Shown here: positions 37,883 to 47,711 of the stretch, piece after piece
Position numbering within the stretch: position 1 is the first letter of the stretch
How the letters are laid out: each line of letters starts with the position of its first letter
Assembly (NCBI GenBank): GCA_039030095.1
Contig: JBCCET010000004.1
Span: 16,057 to 80,056, forward strand
Reading direction: 5' to 3'
Length of the DNA stretch: 64,000 nucleotides
Origin: Pseudomonadota bacterium
GTDB taxonomy: Bacteria > Pseudomonadota > Alphaproteobacteria > Rhodobacterales > Rhodobacteraceae
Notes under the pieces: generated by a model
Databases searched by the model: none
The model's input: only the letters and a program-made list of their open reading frames with translations
What the model was told of the DNA's origin: nothing
Made by a program: the position numbers and the translations under genes

Positions 37883-37900
37883 AAAACGCCACACGGCGTT
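37883..37900 (-). terminator. possible rho-independent terminator after the TRAP operon
   Basis: The minus strand reads AACGCC-GTGT-GGCGTT followed by TTGC. It lies ~120 nt downstream of the dctM stop. Confidence 0.4.
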
Positions 37901-38019
37901 GTAACAATTCATTTGGCAGCGTCTTGCGGGTGCCAAGCTGATGCAGTGCTAAGTTCACCAAAGGGATCGAGGCCCGCACCCACCGCGGCAATCGGAAAGT
38001 CAGAGCTTGTCAGCGCCTT

Positions 38020-39303
38020 TTATTGCAGCGCGCTTGGCAACCAGAGTGCAATGCCAGGAACCGCGATCAAGGCGAACGCCATCGCAAGCATAACCGCCAC
38101 ATAAGGAAGCGCGCCAAGCATTACCTCATTCAGGCTGCCCGTCTTTCGCGCGCCCTGGACCACATAGAGGTTGAGACCCACCGGCGGGGTGATCAGCGCC
38201 ATTTCGATCAGAACGATCATCAAAATACCGAACCAGATCACATCATATCCCTGGGCAAGGACCATCGGCACAATAATCGGAATAGTGACCACCATCAGCG
38301 ACAGGGTTTCAATGAAAAAACCCAGGACGATGTAAAGAACAACGACGACCAGAATAAAGCCAACGGGACCCAGCCCCAAACCCTGCATGAAGGTTGTAAG
38401 CTCCCGGCCAAGACCCGCCGAGGAAAGCGTGAAGTTCAAGAACGACGCTCCGATAATGATCAGCATGATCATCGACGTGATTTTGATCGTGCCAAGCAAG
38501 CTGTCGCGCAGCATCGTCCACGAAACGCCGCCAAAGGCCAAAGCAATCAAAAGCGCTCCCGCGACACCAACGGCCGCTGCTTCGGTAGGTGTGGCCCATC
38601 CCAGATAAATTGATCCGACTATCAGGCCGAACAGCACAATGATCGGCAACAGATCGACTAAGGCCCGCGCCATCTGGGCCAATGGAAACACCCGACGTGT
38701 GCCACCAAGTTCAGGGCGGATCAGGCAGATGACGGAAGTAACAATCAGAAACGCGAACGCCAATCCGAGACCTGGAATGAGACCAGCAAGAAAGAGTTGT
38801 GGGATAGATGACTGTGTTAAAAAACCATAGACAATCAGGTTGATCGACGGGGGGATCATGATGCCAAGTGTCCCGCCCGCAGCAATCGCGCCAGAAAAAA
38901 GCTTGGGATCATAGCCCAGTTTTTCGGCCTGAGGCATCGCCACGGTTGCGACCGTGGCGGCAGTGGCAACGGAGGACCCGGACGTGGCGGAGAACATTGT
39001 GGCTGTGGCAACATTGGCATGAACCAAACCGCCTGGCATCCAGCTGACCCAACGGTCCAGCGCGGCGTAGGTGCGTGCCGCAACGCCAGAGCGCACCAGC
39101 ACCTCACCCAAAAGCACAAAGAAGGGGATCGCAATCAGTGTGGCAGAACTAGACGAAGACCAGACCATGTTCCCCAAAGCGCGGCTTAGCGGGAAGTTCG
39201 AGAAAAACTGATCAACCCCAAAACCCAGTAGAAAAAGAACTATGCCGACAGGAATGGAGATTGCGAGCATCGCCAACAGGCCCGCGGCAACGTACGTGAT
39301 CAT
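38020..39303 (-). CDS. dctM: TRAP transporter large permease
   Basis: The track ORF extends to 39438. The ATG at 39303 (ATGA overlap with dctQ) gives 'MITYVAAGLLAMLAISIPVG...', a 427-aa polytopic DctM-like protein. Confidence 0.9.
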   Translation of the reverse strand: MITYVAAGLLAMLAISIPVGIVLFLLGFGVDQFFSNFPLSRALGNMVWSSSSSATLIAIPFFVLLGEVLVRSGVAARTYAALDRWVSWMPGGLVHANVATATMFSATSGSSVATAATVATVAMPQAEKLGYDPKLFSGAIAAGGTLGIMIPPSINLIVYGFLTQSSIPQLFLAGLIPGLGLAFAFLIVTSVICLIRPELGGTRRVFPLAQMARALVDLLPIIVLFGLIVGSIYLGWATPTEAAAVGVAGALLIALAFGGVSWTMLRDSLLGTIKITSMIMLIIIGASFLNFTLSSAGLGRELTTFMQGLGLGPVGFILVVVVLYIVLGFFIETLSLMVVTIPIIVPMVLAQGYDVIWFGILMIVLIEMALITPPVGLNLYVVQGARKTGSLNEVMLGALPYVAVMLAMAFALIAVPGIALWLPSALQ

Positions 39304-39848
39304 TGTAAGCTGTCCTGTTCCGCAAAGGCACCGATGAATTGCTCCGTCTCTGCAGCGCGGCCACGGACGAAAAGGCTGATCGCGGCCAGCGTCACAAAGC
39401 AAGCCATCAACGCAAACCATACCCACCCGGCAAACCACGGGATCTGAACCCAGGCCAATGGCGTTGCAAGCGGGGTGTTGGCGCGGCTTCCATTGTCAAT
39501 CGCGCGTTCCACAACGGGCCAGCATTTGATTGCAATCACAACCACAACCGCAGACATGATGATCATTGAAAAGACATCAAAAAGCGCACGCGCTGTCGTG
39601 CCGGTGCGTGATCGAATGAGATCGATCCGAATATGGCCAAGCTCCATCAGGGCGTAGGCCATACCCCAGGAACTGACCAAGGCCATCGCGTAACCCGCCA
39701 GCTCTTCCGACCCACCAAAGGAGGAATGAACCTGGCGCAGGGCAATGTCCGCGACAACAAACGCCGCCATTCCCAAAAGACCAAGCCCGACAACAATCGC
39801 AATTGCGCGATTTATCCTGCGGAGCTTGTTGATCAACGCCAGTTCCAT
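39300..39848 (-). CDS. dctQ: TRAP transporter small permease
   Basis: 182-aa, 4-TM ORF lying between dctP and dctM. Confidence 0.85.
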   Translation of the reverse strand: MELALINKLRRINRAIAIVVGLGLLGMAAFVVADIALRQVHSSFGGSEELAGYAMALVSSWGMAYALMELGHIRIDLIRSRTGTTARALFDVFSMIIMSAVVVVIAIKCWPVVERAIDNGSRANTPLATPLAWVQIPWFAGWVWFALMACFVTLAAISLFVRGRAAETEQFIGAFAEQDSLQ

Positions 39849-39876
39849 TCATTTTTTCCTTCGTTCAATCAGATAC

Positions 39877-40902
39877 TTATTCGATTTTCACGCCAACAAC
39901 TTCGCCAACTGACGCATTCCAGCGCGCAGCCCAGTCACCACCGGCCCGTTCAGCCCAATCAGGAAGGACCTTGCTGATCAGGATACCCCGTGCGTTCTCG
40001 AAATCAGCATCTGAGATTTCCACTAAGGTCATATCGCGGGCATCACCGGCAGGGCATTCCCCGTTTCCCGTCAAACATGCGATATCATTTACCAAGGCGT
40101 CTTGTGCACTGGCCCAGGCCGGTTCTTCAAAACCCGATGAGATTTGCGCACGAATTGTCGCCTGATCATCTGCGCTCAATCCGTCCCACTTGTCCGCATT
40201 CATCGCTGTGACAACGTGATCCCACCCGCCGAGAGGAATTGGAAGAAGGTGCGTCGACACTTCCCACCAACCGGCGGAGTAACCGGAACCAGCGCCGGTC
40301 ACCGCACAATCAACAACGCCGTTTTGCAGGGCGCCCGGAACCTCAGAAAAGGACACATTCACGCCTTCGGCACCCAGTGCCTCCAGGAAAAGCGCGGTCA
40401 TGCGACCGGACGCGCGAACTTTAAGACCTTTCAGATCGGAAAAGCTGCTGATTTCTGCATTGCAGAACACGACTTGCGGTGGGTACGGCGCAATCGCCAG
40501 GACTTCTGCGTTAAAGCGGTTGCGAAATATTTCGGATACCATCGGGCGGGCTGCATCGACCATCGCGCGCGCTTCATCCGCTGTCAGGGCCAGCAATGGA
40601 ACGTCCAAACCTTCCAGTTCCGGTGCATCACCGACGGCATAGTCGGCCACAGTCATAGCCACATCGTAGACGCCTTGTCCAAGCAGCGGATAAATCTCTG
40701 ACAGACCAAGGCCCATCTGATTGTGCGTCGTCAGTTCAACGTTGAAATCGCCTGCGCCCGGTAATGTTTCAGACCAGAACGGGGCTTCATATTGTTTGTG
40801 TAGAGGCAGGCTTGACCAGCTGCCGACGACTGACAGGTCTTCGGCAACCGCTGGCGCCGCCAGGGCCGCGCTCGCCACCAGAATACTGAGGATACGTTTC
40901 AT
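39877..40902 (-). CDS. dctP: TRAP transporter substrate-binding protein
   Basis: The track ORF extends to 41055. The ATG at 40902 has AAGGAG 7 nt upstream and gives the signal peptide 'MKRILSILVASAALAAPAVA'. ATGA overlap with the upstream hydro-lyase. Confidence 0.85.
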   Translation of the reverse strand: MKRILSILVASAALAAPAVAEDLSVVGSWSSLPLHKQYEAPFWSETLPGAGDFNVELTTHNQMGLGLSEIYPLLGQGVYDVAMTVADYAVGDAPELEGLDVPLLALTADEARAMVDAARPMVSEIFRNRFNAEVLAIAPYPPQVVFCNAEISSFSDLKGLKVRASGRMTALFLEALGAEGVNVSFSEVPGALQNGVVDCAVTGAGSGYSAGWWEVSTHLLPIPLGGWDHVVTAMNADKWDGLSADDQATIRAQISSGFEEPAWASAQDALVNDIACLTGNGECPAGDARDMTLVEISDADFENARGILISKVLPDWAERAGGDWAARWNASVGEVVGVKIE

Positions 40903-41744
40903 GATTTCACTCCTTGTTGGATGGGTTCTTGATAGATTGTTGTTTCCGCGTCTTCCGCGACATCGGTGATCAGCATGTGTCCGGGCGCGTGCGTGACACA
41001 AAGCGGCAGCTTTGCTGCCCGCAGCACGTTTTGCGGTGTGACGCCACAAGCCCAAAAGACGGGAACTTCACCGGGCCTGACATCCACGGGATCGCCGTAG
41101 TCAGGGCGGTTCAGATCGGAAATGCCAATGTTGGAGGGATCGCCAATCGCGATAGGTGCGCCGTGGGCCTGGGGATATTTTCCGCTGATCGTTTTGGCAT
41201 CGTCTATTTGGTCAGTGCGCAGCGGACGCATCGTTACAACCATTTCACCGCTGAAAGGTCCTGCGGGCGACAGCTTGATGCTGGTTCGGTACATCGGGAC
41301 ATTCCGCCCCATCTCGATATGGCGCACGGGTATGCCCGCGCGTTGAAAGGCATTTTCGAACGTGAATGAGCAACCGAGCGCGACCGCTACCAGATCGTTT
41401 GACCAAAGATGGGTGATGTCGGTGACTTCTTCCGCGTACTCACCATCCCGAAAAACCCGATAGCAGGGAACATCGGTGCGGATGTCGATGTCCCGCCCAA
41501 GGGTTGGGAGCATCGGATCGCCGGTGTCGCCGACGCCCACAACCGGGCAGGGTTTGGGGTTGCGTTGACAGAACCGGAGAAAGTCCAGTGCATGGTCTTC
41601 AGGGAGAATTGCGAGGTTGCACTGGAGCTTTCCCGGCGCAAGTCCGGCTGAATGGCTAACGTGTTCGCCTGCGCGAATTAGGCGGCGGATAGCCTGGCTC
41701 GATAGTTGTGAAGTATCGGTATGAGCGGCCTTCAAAATGGACAT
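40899..41744 (-). CDS. UPF0317 / DUF1445 putative hydro-lyase (D-glutamate cyclase-like)
   Basis: 'AIRRLIRAGEHVSHSAGLAPGKLQCNLAILPEDHALDFLRFCQRNPKPCPVVG' is the conserved UPF0317 N-terminal block. Start chosen at 41744 (the track has 41816). Confidence 0.8.
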   Translation of the reverse strand: MSILKAAHTDTSQLSSQAIRRLIRAGEHVSHSAGLAPGKLQCNLAILPEDHALDFLRFCQRNPKPCPVVGVGDTGDPMLPTLGRDIDIRTDVPCYRVFRDGEYAEEVTDITHLWSNDLVAVALGCSFTFENAFQRAGIPVRHIEMGRNVPMYRTSIKLSPAGPFSGEMVVTMRPLRTDQIDDAKTISGKYPQAHGAPIAIGDPSNIGISDLNRPDYGDPVDVRPGEVPVFWACGVTPQNVLRAAKLPLCVTHAPGHMLITDVAEDAETTIYQEPIQQGVKS

Positions 41745-41807
41745 TCGTCCCCCGTGTGCTTGCCACACGAGGTTCACACAGGCGCGGTATTCAATCAAAT
41801 TATCATT

Positions 41808-41827
41808 ATCTATCAAATACGATAGAT
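41808..41827. promoter_or_regulatory. perfect 7-bp inverted repeat between the LysR gene and the hydro-lyase/TRAP operon
   Basis: ATCTATC-AAATAC-GATAGAT. It lies 11 nt after the LysR stop and ~65 nt upstream of the hydro-lyase ATG. Candidate LysR-type operator. Confidence 0.3.
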
Positions 41828-41837
41828 TTTTTGAATG

Positions 41838-42722
41838 CTATTTTGGATGTTTCCCGTGCCATTCAACCGCCACGTCACGGGCAATTTCTGCACTGTTTTC
41901 AACGAGAAAGCTGCGGGGTTCGGCAAGATAAGAGGCCGTGAACTCGAGTGCAGGTGGCACGAACCCCGGATCGAATTCTTCAACTTCGTTTGCCGCAAGA
42001 TGAGGAACCGCAAGAACCCGCGGATACGGACCAACGGCGATCCCCGATGCAATCATTTTGAGGCTGGCTGACAAAGACGCGGATGAGAAGACGCGGGATT
42101 TGGGCCCCACGCGCCTTGCCAGTTCTGACGTAAGCTCTCGGTAAGGGCGGGTCTGGCTGGAGTAGGAAATGATTGGAATTTCAGAAAGGTCGACTTGGCC
42201 CAACTGCTTGGCTTTATACCAATGCAAGTCGAACTCCGGCAAAGAGACGTTCTTGACCGAATACTCTGAGACCGGCCCCATGAGGAATGCCAGATCAATG
42301 CGGCGCTCCAAAACGGCTGCGCGAAGGTTAAGCGAAATATCTACTGTGAGATCCACATTCACCCTGGGAAATTGAGCACTGAAAGCCTCAATAAACGCGG
42401 GCAACCACGCTTGTGCGATTGTCTCAGAAGCGCCAAGGCGAAACAGACCTTCGGTTTCGGCAGGGTTGGCGACGCGCTGCTTGATCTCTTCTTCAACGAA
42501 CAGCATTTGTTCTGCGTAACCCAGCAGTTGCTGGCCCTTCTTGGTCAGGACAAGTTCACCTGGTCCGCGTTCAAAAAGCTTGGCTTCCAGCTGATCTTCC
42601 AAATTGGAAATACGCGTAGATACTGCTGGCTGTGACAGATGCAGCCTGTCCGAGGCCCTACGGAACCCGCCCAGCCGCGCAACCCATAGAAATGTCCGAA
42701 GTTGTTCAAATGTCATACCCAT
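41838..42722 (-). CDS. LysR family transcriptional regulator
   Basis: 'FEQLRTFLWVARLGGFRRASDRLHLSQPAVSTRISNLE' HTH plus a LysR substrate-binding domain. The first ATG is at 42722 (the track uses TTG at 42725). Confidence 0.9.
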   Translation of the reverse strand: MGMTFEQLRTFLWVARLGGFRRASDRLHLSQPAVSTRISNLEDQLEAKLFERGPGELVLTKKGQQLLGYAEQMLFVEEEIKQRVANPAETEGLFRLGASETIAQAWLPAFIEAFSAQFPRVNVDLTVDISLNLRAAVLERRIDLAFLMGPVSEYSVKNVSLPEFDLHWYKAKQLGQVDLSEIPIISYSSQTRPYRELTSELARRVGPKSRVFSSASLSASLKMIASGIAVGPYPRVLAVPHLAANEVEEFDPGFVPPALEFTASYLAEPRSFLVENSAEIARDVAVEWHGKHPK

Positions 42723-42840
42723 CAAACGTGATTATCCATTTGCATAACAAACGATCAAGTTATTTGCGGCTGCGGGCGGGATAAGGTCGCAGTTCTTTGC
42801 GAATTGTTAGGGGTATGCGTTGCCCCTGCAAACCCGGTTC

Positions 42841-43680
42841 TCAGGTTCTCCAGCCAAGCAGATGTCGTTCAATCGCGCCGATGATCGCGCTGACCAGAAC
42901 ACCCAAGAGCGACAGGATGACAACGCCGACGAAGAGCCTCTCAAGATCGTAAAGTGAGCCTGCCTCCAGGATGTAAGCCCCGATCCCAAACTCTGCGCCT
43001 AACATTTCTGCAGCGACTAAAAGGATGATGGCGATGGCGAGGCTGATCCGCAGTCCGGACAGTATTCCGGGCATGGCTCCGGGCAGCACAATCTTACGAA
43101 CAATTGACCACCATGACAGGCCAAAGCTTTGGCCCATTCGGATCAGGGTTCGATCCACATTGTCGACCGCGCCATAAGTTGCGACCACCGTGGGTGTGAA
43201 GGTCCCAAAGGCGATCAGCGCGTATTTCGACCCTTCCCCGATGCCAAACCAGATGACGAACAACGGCAAAAGGGCAATTTTCGGGATCGGAAAAATGGCC
43301 GCGACCAGCGGGACCAAGCCCGAGCGAAAGTAGGAAAACAGCCCTATTAGAACGCCAACGCTGATGCCAACGCTCGCGCCAATCGCTGCTCCGACGACCA
43401 ACCGGCTAAGCGACAGGCCAAGATGTTTGAACAGCAAACCGCTGTCGTAGAGCTCCAGGAACGTGTCCAGCACATCCGACGGACGCGGCAGCGTCAGGGC
43501 TGAAATCCACCCCGTCCGTGTGCCCCATTCCGCCAAGACAATAAGCACGACAAAGACGGCAAAGCCGACCCAGCGATGGGGCTTCGGCGCAAACCCACCG
43601 CCCCGAAAGGTAACTGCCCTGCTATCGGCGGATTGGTTTTGCCCTGCGTTTTTTGATGTCGAGACCGTTGCGTCAGACAT
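42841..43680 (-). CDS. ABC transporter permease (nitrate/sulfonate/taurine-type)
   Basis: 279-aa, 6-TM ORF with a BPD_transp_1-type loop. 8-nt overlap with the upstream ATPase. Confidence 0.85.
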   Translation of the reverse strand: MSDATVSTSKNAGQNQSADSRAVTFRGGGFAPKPHRWVGFAVFVVLIVLAEWGTRTGWISALTLPRPSDVLDTFLELYDSGLLFKHLGLSLSRLVVGAAIGASVGISVGVLIGLFSYFRSGLVPLVAAIFPIPKIALLPLFVIWFGIGEGSKYALIAFGTFTPTVVATYGAVDNVDRTLIRMGQSFGLSWWSIVRKIVLPGAMPGILSGLRISLAIAIILLVAAEMLGAEFGIGAYILEAGSLYDLERLFVGVVILSLLGVLVSAIIGAIERHLLGWRT

Positions 43681-44440
43681 GGATCAACTCCGCATCGGCG
43701 GCGCGGGCCTCATCGCGCATCAATTGCCACAGGTATTTTTGATGACGGTCCAGATCGGCATCACCAAACTCGCGCGCTGACAAGGGTTTGTCGATATGGA
43801 CCACTTCGCGGATCTGACCGGGTCGGCGAGACAGAACAACAACCTTGTGACCAAGCCGTACAGCCTCAGCCAAGTTGTGGGTTACATAAACGGCGGTGAA
43901 GGGCTGCCGGCTCCATAGATCAACGAGGTCGTCCATCAAAAGTTCGCGGGTTTGCGCATCTAGCGCAGACAACGGTTCGTCCATAAGCATGACCGCCGGG
44001 TTCACCGCCAGCGCGCGGGCAATCGCCACGCGCTGTTTCATGCCGCCTGAAAGTTGTTTCGGCAAAGCGCGCGCGAAATCTGTCAGCTTGGTACGCGCCA
44101 GCACGTCATCGATGATCGTCTTGGCCGCCGCACCGCGAATGCCGTGATCCTCTAAAACCAGAGAGACGTTCCCGGCAACCGATCGCCACGGCAGTAAGGC
44201 GAAATCCTGAAAGATATAGGTAAGCGGGTTTAACGATCCCTCGGGCGGCGCACCAATTTGCAGGACCCGGCCCTGTTGGGGACGCTCCAGCCCGCCGATG
44301 AACCGCAAAAGCGTGGACTTTCCGCACCCCGAAGGCCCCACGATACAGACAATCTGCCCGGCTGGAATGTCCAGGCTAATGTCCCGCATCACTTCGAACG
44401 TGTCATAGGAATGGCTGATGCCATCCAGTCGAATGTCCAT
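43673..44440 (-). CDS. ABC transporter ATP-binding protein (SsuB/TauB-type)
   Basis: Walker A 'GPSGCGKST', signature '[15 protein letters not shown]', Walker B 'MLMDEPLSALD'. Confidence 0.9.
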   Translation of the reverse strand: MDIRLDGISHSYDTFEVMRDISLDIPAGQIVCIVGPSGCGKSTLLRFIGGLERPQQGRVLQIGAPPEGSLNPLTYIFQDFALLPWRSVAGNVSLVLEDHGIRGAAAKTIIDDVLARTKLTDFARALPKQLSGGMKQRVAIARALAVNPAVMLMDEPLSALDAQTRELLMDDLVDLWSRQPFTAVYVTHNLAEAVRLGHKVVVLSRRPGQIREVVHIDKPLSAREFGDADLDRHQKYLWQLMRDEARAADAELIHV

Positions 44441-44499
44441 GTCCGATCCCGTCTGTTAGGCGGGGCAGGCCCAAACCCGCCCGGCCTGAAAGAAACACC

Positions 44500-45510
44500 T
44501 TACGTGCCTGTAGTTTCCACGTAAGAGCTGTCCACCAGCGTATCCAGCGTGATGTCCGCGTCAACCAATCCCTCCGACTGGAACCAGCTGAGTTGATCCT
44601 GCACAGACGCCATGTTCAACGCAGCGCCAGAGGCCAGCCGCATCGTTCCGTTGATGATCGAAGGGGCCGCCTTTTCACGCGGGCGGTCGGTGTAGACATA
44701 TTTGTGAATCAGATCGACCATTTCGTCCTGATCCGCTGTCTTGTCGATCATCGCAGCGGCATAATCATCCACGCCTTTTGAGAATCCGGCCAAAAAGCTT
44801 TCCGTCATCGCGCGCTCATCCGCAGCGTTGCTGGCAGAGGTGAAGACCGTCGTGACCTGATAGTCCGGAATGTAGTCAGCCACATCAGCAACCATGTGCC
44901 ACGCCCCTGCCTTAGCCAACGGTTTGGCGATATGCGGAACGATAGACCAACCATCAACCTGACCGGACTTCATGGCGCCAATGATAGCCCCGACCTTTTG
45001 CAGCGGCGTAAAGGACAGCGATATGCCTTCTGCGGCGGCCATTTTGGCGCCCATGTAGTGGAAGGAAGATCCTGCCTGGGTCACAGCATATTTTTTGCCG
45101 TCCAGATCTTTGAGTGTTTTGGTTCCCGCCTGATATGCGGCATCGGATATCAGGTACTTTTGGCCGTCAATTCCAGCCTCTTCTTTTAGCGCGCCACCGA
45201 TCACCTTGATCGCACCTTTGTCCGCGAGGCTGATAAGCCCGCCGGAAATAGCGGTCACGCCATAGTCTATGTCGCCTGAGGCTATCGCCACGGCCATCGG
45301 CTGAGCGGACTGGAAGAATTCAAACTCCACATCCATCCCAGCCTCAGCGAAATAGCCACGCTCAAATGCGATGAAACTGCCGGAATGCGAGGTAAAGCGC
45401 AGCGCGCCCACTTTGATTTTCTTGTTCTGAGCGATAGCAGGTGCGGCAAGCGCCCCAGCTGCTGCGCCACCCACCAGCGCCAATGCGCCGCGACGGTTAA
45501 ATTTGATCAT
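44500..45510 (-). CDS. ABC transporter substrate-binding protein (NMT1/THI5-like)
   Basis: 336-aa ORF with a Tat/Sec-like signal 'MIKFNRRGALALVGGAAAGALAAPAIAQ'. First gene of a three-gene importer operon. Confidence 0.8.
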   Translation of the reverse strand: MIKFNRRGALALVGGAAAGALAAPAIAQNKKIKVGALRFTSHSGSFIAFERGYFAEAGMDVEFEFFQSAQPMAVAIASGDIDYGVTAISGGLISLADKGAIKVIGGALKEEAGIDGQKYLISDAAYQAGTKTLKDLDGKKYAVTQAGSSFHYMGAKMAAAEGISLSFTPLQKVGAIIGAMKSGQVDGWSIVPHIAKPLAKAGAWHMVADVADYIPDYQVTTVFTSASNAADERAMTESFLAGFSKGVDDYAAAMIDKTADQDEMVDLIHKYVYTDRPREKAAPSIINGTMRLASGAALNMASVQDQLSWFQSEGLVDADITLDTLVDSSYVETTGT

Positions 45511-45533
45511 GTTCTCCTCCCAATGATCGGTAG

Positions 45534-46205
45534 TCAGTTTGTCTTAATAAGATCTGCTTCGATATCTTCCTGCATGAGCGTCAGGCTTGCCGTCTCATCA
45601 TGTGCAAGAACCGCCTCCAAAAGCGATTTCTGCCGCGCTTTCCTGTCCTGGAAATCCAGGCGCCCTTCACGCAACAACGCCAACCGGAAACGCCTGCTTT
45701 GATCAAACAGTCGGCGCTGCATTTCGATCAATCTCGGGCTTTCACACCCTTCTATCAACGTGGCTGAAAACGCACGACAGGCTTCGTCCCACTCCAGCGC
45801 CGTCAAGTCATCAGAGCTGTCGGCAACGGCAAGCTCTGCCTTTTGCAAGGCATGGTGCGCGGCAATTACCCTGCCTTCCCAGGCCACATCACCCTTTTGC
45901 AGCGCAAGGCTCAGCGCGAATTTCTCAATCTCTACGCGCACCAGTGCGATGTCGCGCAGATCGTCTTGCGTAGCGGAGGTCACACGGAACCCCCGTTGCG
46001 ATGTCGCCTCTACCAGCCCCTCTGAGGTCAAAATCCGGAGCGTTTCACGCATCGAATGGTTCGATCCGCCATAGCGCGCGCGCAAATGGTTGAGCTTTAA
46101 TTTCTCATCCGGGCGCAGCGTCCCGAAAGAGATGTCCCGTCTAAGTGCAGAGGCCAGCATATTAACGATTGTGCCATCTTCAACATCATCGCGGCGAAAG
46201 ATCAT
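45534..46205 (-). CDS. GntR family transcriptional regulator (FadR/FCD subfamily)
   Basis: 'LKLNHLRARYGGSNHSMRETLRILTSEGLV' winged HTH plus a helical FCD domain. The ATG at 46205 has AGGAA upstream (the track uses TTG at 46223). Confidence 0.85.
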   Translation of the reverse strand: MIFRRDDVEDGTIVNMLASALRRDISFGTLRPDEKLKLNHLRARYGGSNHSMRETLRILTSEGLVEATSQRGFRVTSATQDDLRDIALVRVEIEKFALSLALQKGDVAWEGRVIAAHHALQKAELAVADSSDDLTALEWDEACRAFSATLIEGCESPRLIEMQRRLFDQSRRFRLALLREGRLDFQDRKARQKSLLEAVLAHDETASLTLMQEDIEADLIKTN

Positions 46206-46495
46206 TTTGGTTCCTATTTCCAAAAATGTTGGATATTTTTGGATCTACTCAACAAAAGAGTCAACCGTGCGGGCGCCGGTAGCCGAATTCCCACTGCTAC
46301 ATCAGGAAATTTGGCTAGGGTTTGTTGCCCAAAAATCTTGAACGACGACGCCTGCAAATTTGCGACTTTGCTGGCTAATTTACCTTGCGGTACATGTACG
46401 ATGAAATCCATTTGCGGGCTTTTCTCGTTTCGCGATCAGACCTATTTTCCAGCGCAAACACCCCCCAAGATCGACATTCAAAACTCACAGACGAC

Positions 46496-47485
46496 ATGAC
46501 AAAAAGTATCCCCATCGAGACGGACTTCATTCCTTCCGTTTGGTTGCGCCCGGCAATTATTCAAACCGTCATGGCCAGCAGCAGGTTGCGTATATTGGGA
46601 TGCAGCAGGTTTGATGCGTCGGGCCAAGCGCAAGTCCTGGACCTGCCTGGCGGGTTGCGCACGACGACCGTCTTCAACCTGCACCCGCAGGCCAAGGGGA
46701 TGATTGTGCTGCTGCACGGTTGGCTGGGGACACCGCAGGCCAAGTACGTGATTTCGGCGGCCAAGGCACTGTTTGATGCCGGTTATTCCACCGCGCGCTT
46801 GACCTTGCCGGAACACGGCGATGCTGTGTCTTTGAACGACGAGTTGGTACCGATCACCAATCACGAAGTTGTCCGTGATGCGATTAGCGAGATTGGCCGC
46901 CAGCACCCGAAAATGTCGTTGGGGCTGATGGGGTTTTCACTTGGCGGCAACTATGCCCTGCGTGTCACGCGGGATCTTGCCGCGCATCCAATTGAACGCC
47001 TGTTGCAAGTGGTTGCAGTCAGCCCGGTGATAGAGCCGGAACCCACAAGCCACGCGATAGATGAAAGCGCGCTTTTGCGGCGCTACTTCCTGCGGAAATT
47101 CACCAAGCTCTATGCCCCCAAACTCGACAGAGTGCCCGCGTTGAACCACCTGAAACCTGCTTTGCAGGAGCCCACTACCATTGGGCTGACCAAGGCTTTT
47201 CTCGAACATCTTGGCGCATTTCCCGACGTTGAGACTTATTTTGCGGCCTATCGCATTAAGCAAGACGATCTAGTGACAGCAGCGGCGCCAGTCACAATTT
47301 TGACGTCTGGCGACGATCCGATTGTTGATCCGGGCTTTGCTGCAAACCTGTCAGTTGGCCTAAAAGTGGAGCGCCAAATCACCAAATATGGCGGGCACAA
47401 CGGGTTTGTGAACGCCTTGCGCAAGACTGCGTTCTGCGACCGCTTTGCGGTAAGCCGGTTCGATCGGGCATTTGAGGTAGTTTGA
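46496..47485 (+). CDS. alpha/beta hydrolase (YheT-like)
   Basis: 'VLLHGWLG' and the nucleophile elbow 'GFSLGGN'. Start chosen at ATG 46496 (the track has 46385). Confidence 0.7.
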   Translation: MTKSIPIETDFIPSVWLRPAIIQTVMASSRLRILGCSRFDASGQAQVLDLPGGLRTTTVFNLHPQAKGMIVLLHGWLGTPQAKYVISAAKALFDAGYSTARLTLPEHGDAVSLNDELVPITNHEVVRDAISEIGRQHPKMSLGLMGFSLGGNYALRVTRDLAAHPIERLLQVVAVSPVIEPEPTSHAIDESALLRRYFLRKFTKLYAPKLDRVPALNHLKPALQEPTTIGLTKAFLEHLGAFPDVETYFAAYRIKQDDLVTAAAPVTILTSGDDPIVDPGFAANLSVGLKVERQITKYGGHNGFVNALRKTAFCDRFAVSRFDRAFEVV

Positions 47486-47711
47486 CAGCTAAGTGTTGGG
47501 TCGAAACCTCTTCGGTTTTTGGTGCATCGGAGAAAAGTTTTGCCAGCGAACCCATTGGCCCTTCTGTCATCGACACCGCTGGCATGCTCGCGCTTATCAA
47601 CGCGCTTGCGCTAGGGCGGCCGGTCTGACGCAGGGGAATTTTTCCGTAATCTAGCGCCAACTTGCGCAATCTGGTTTAGCTGCACCAAAGCGGCAGAGCA
47701 GGAATTGCAAA

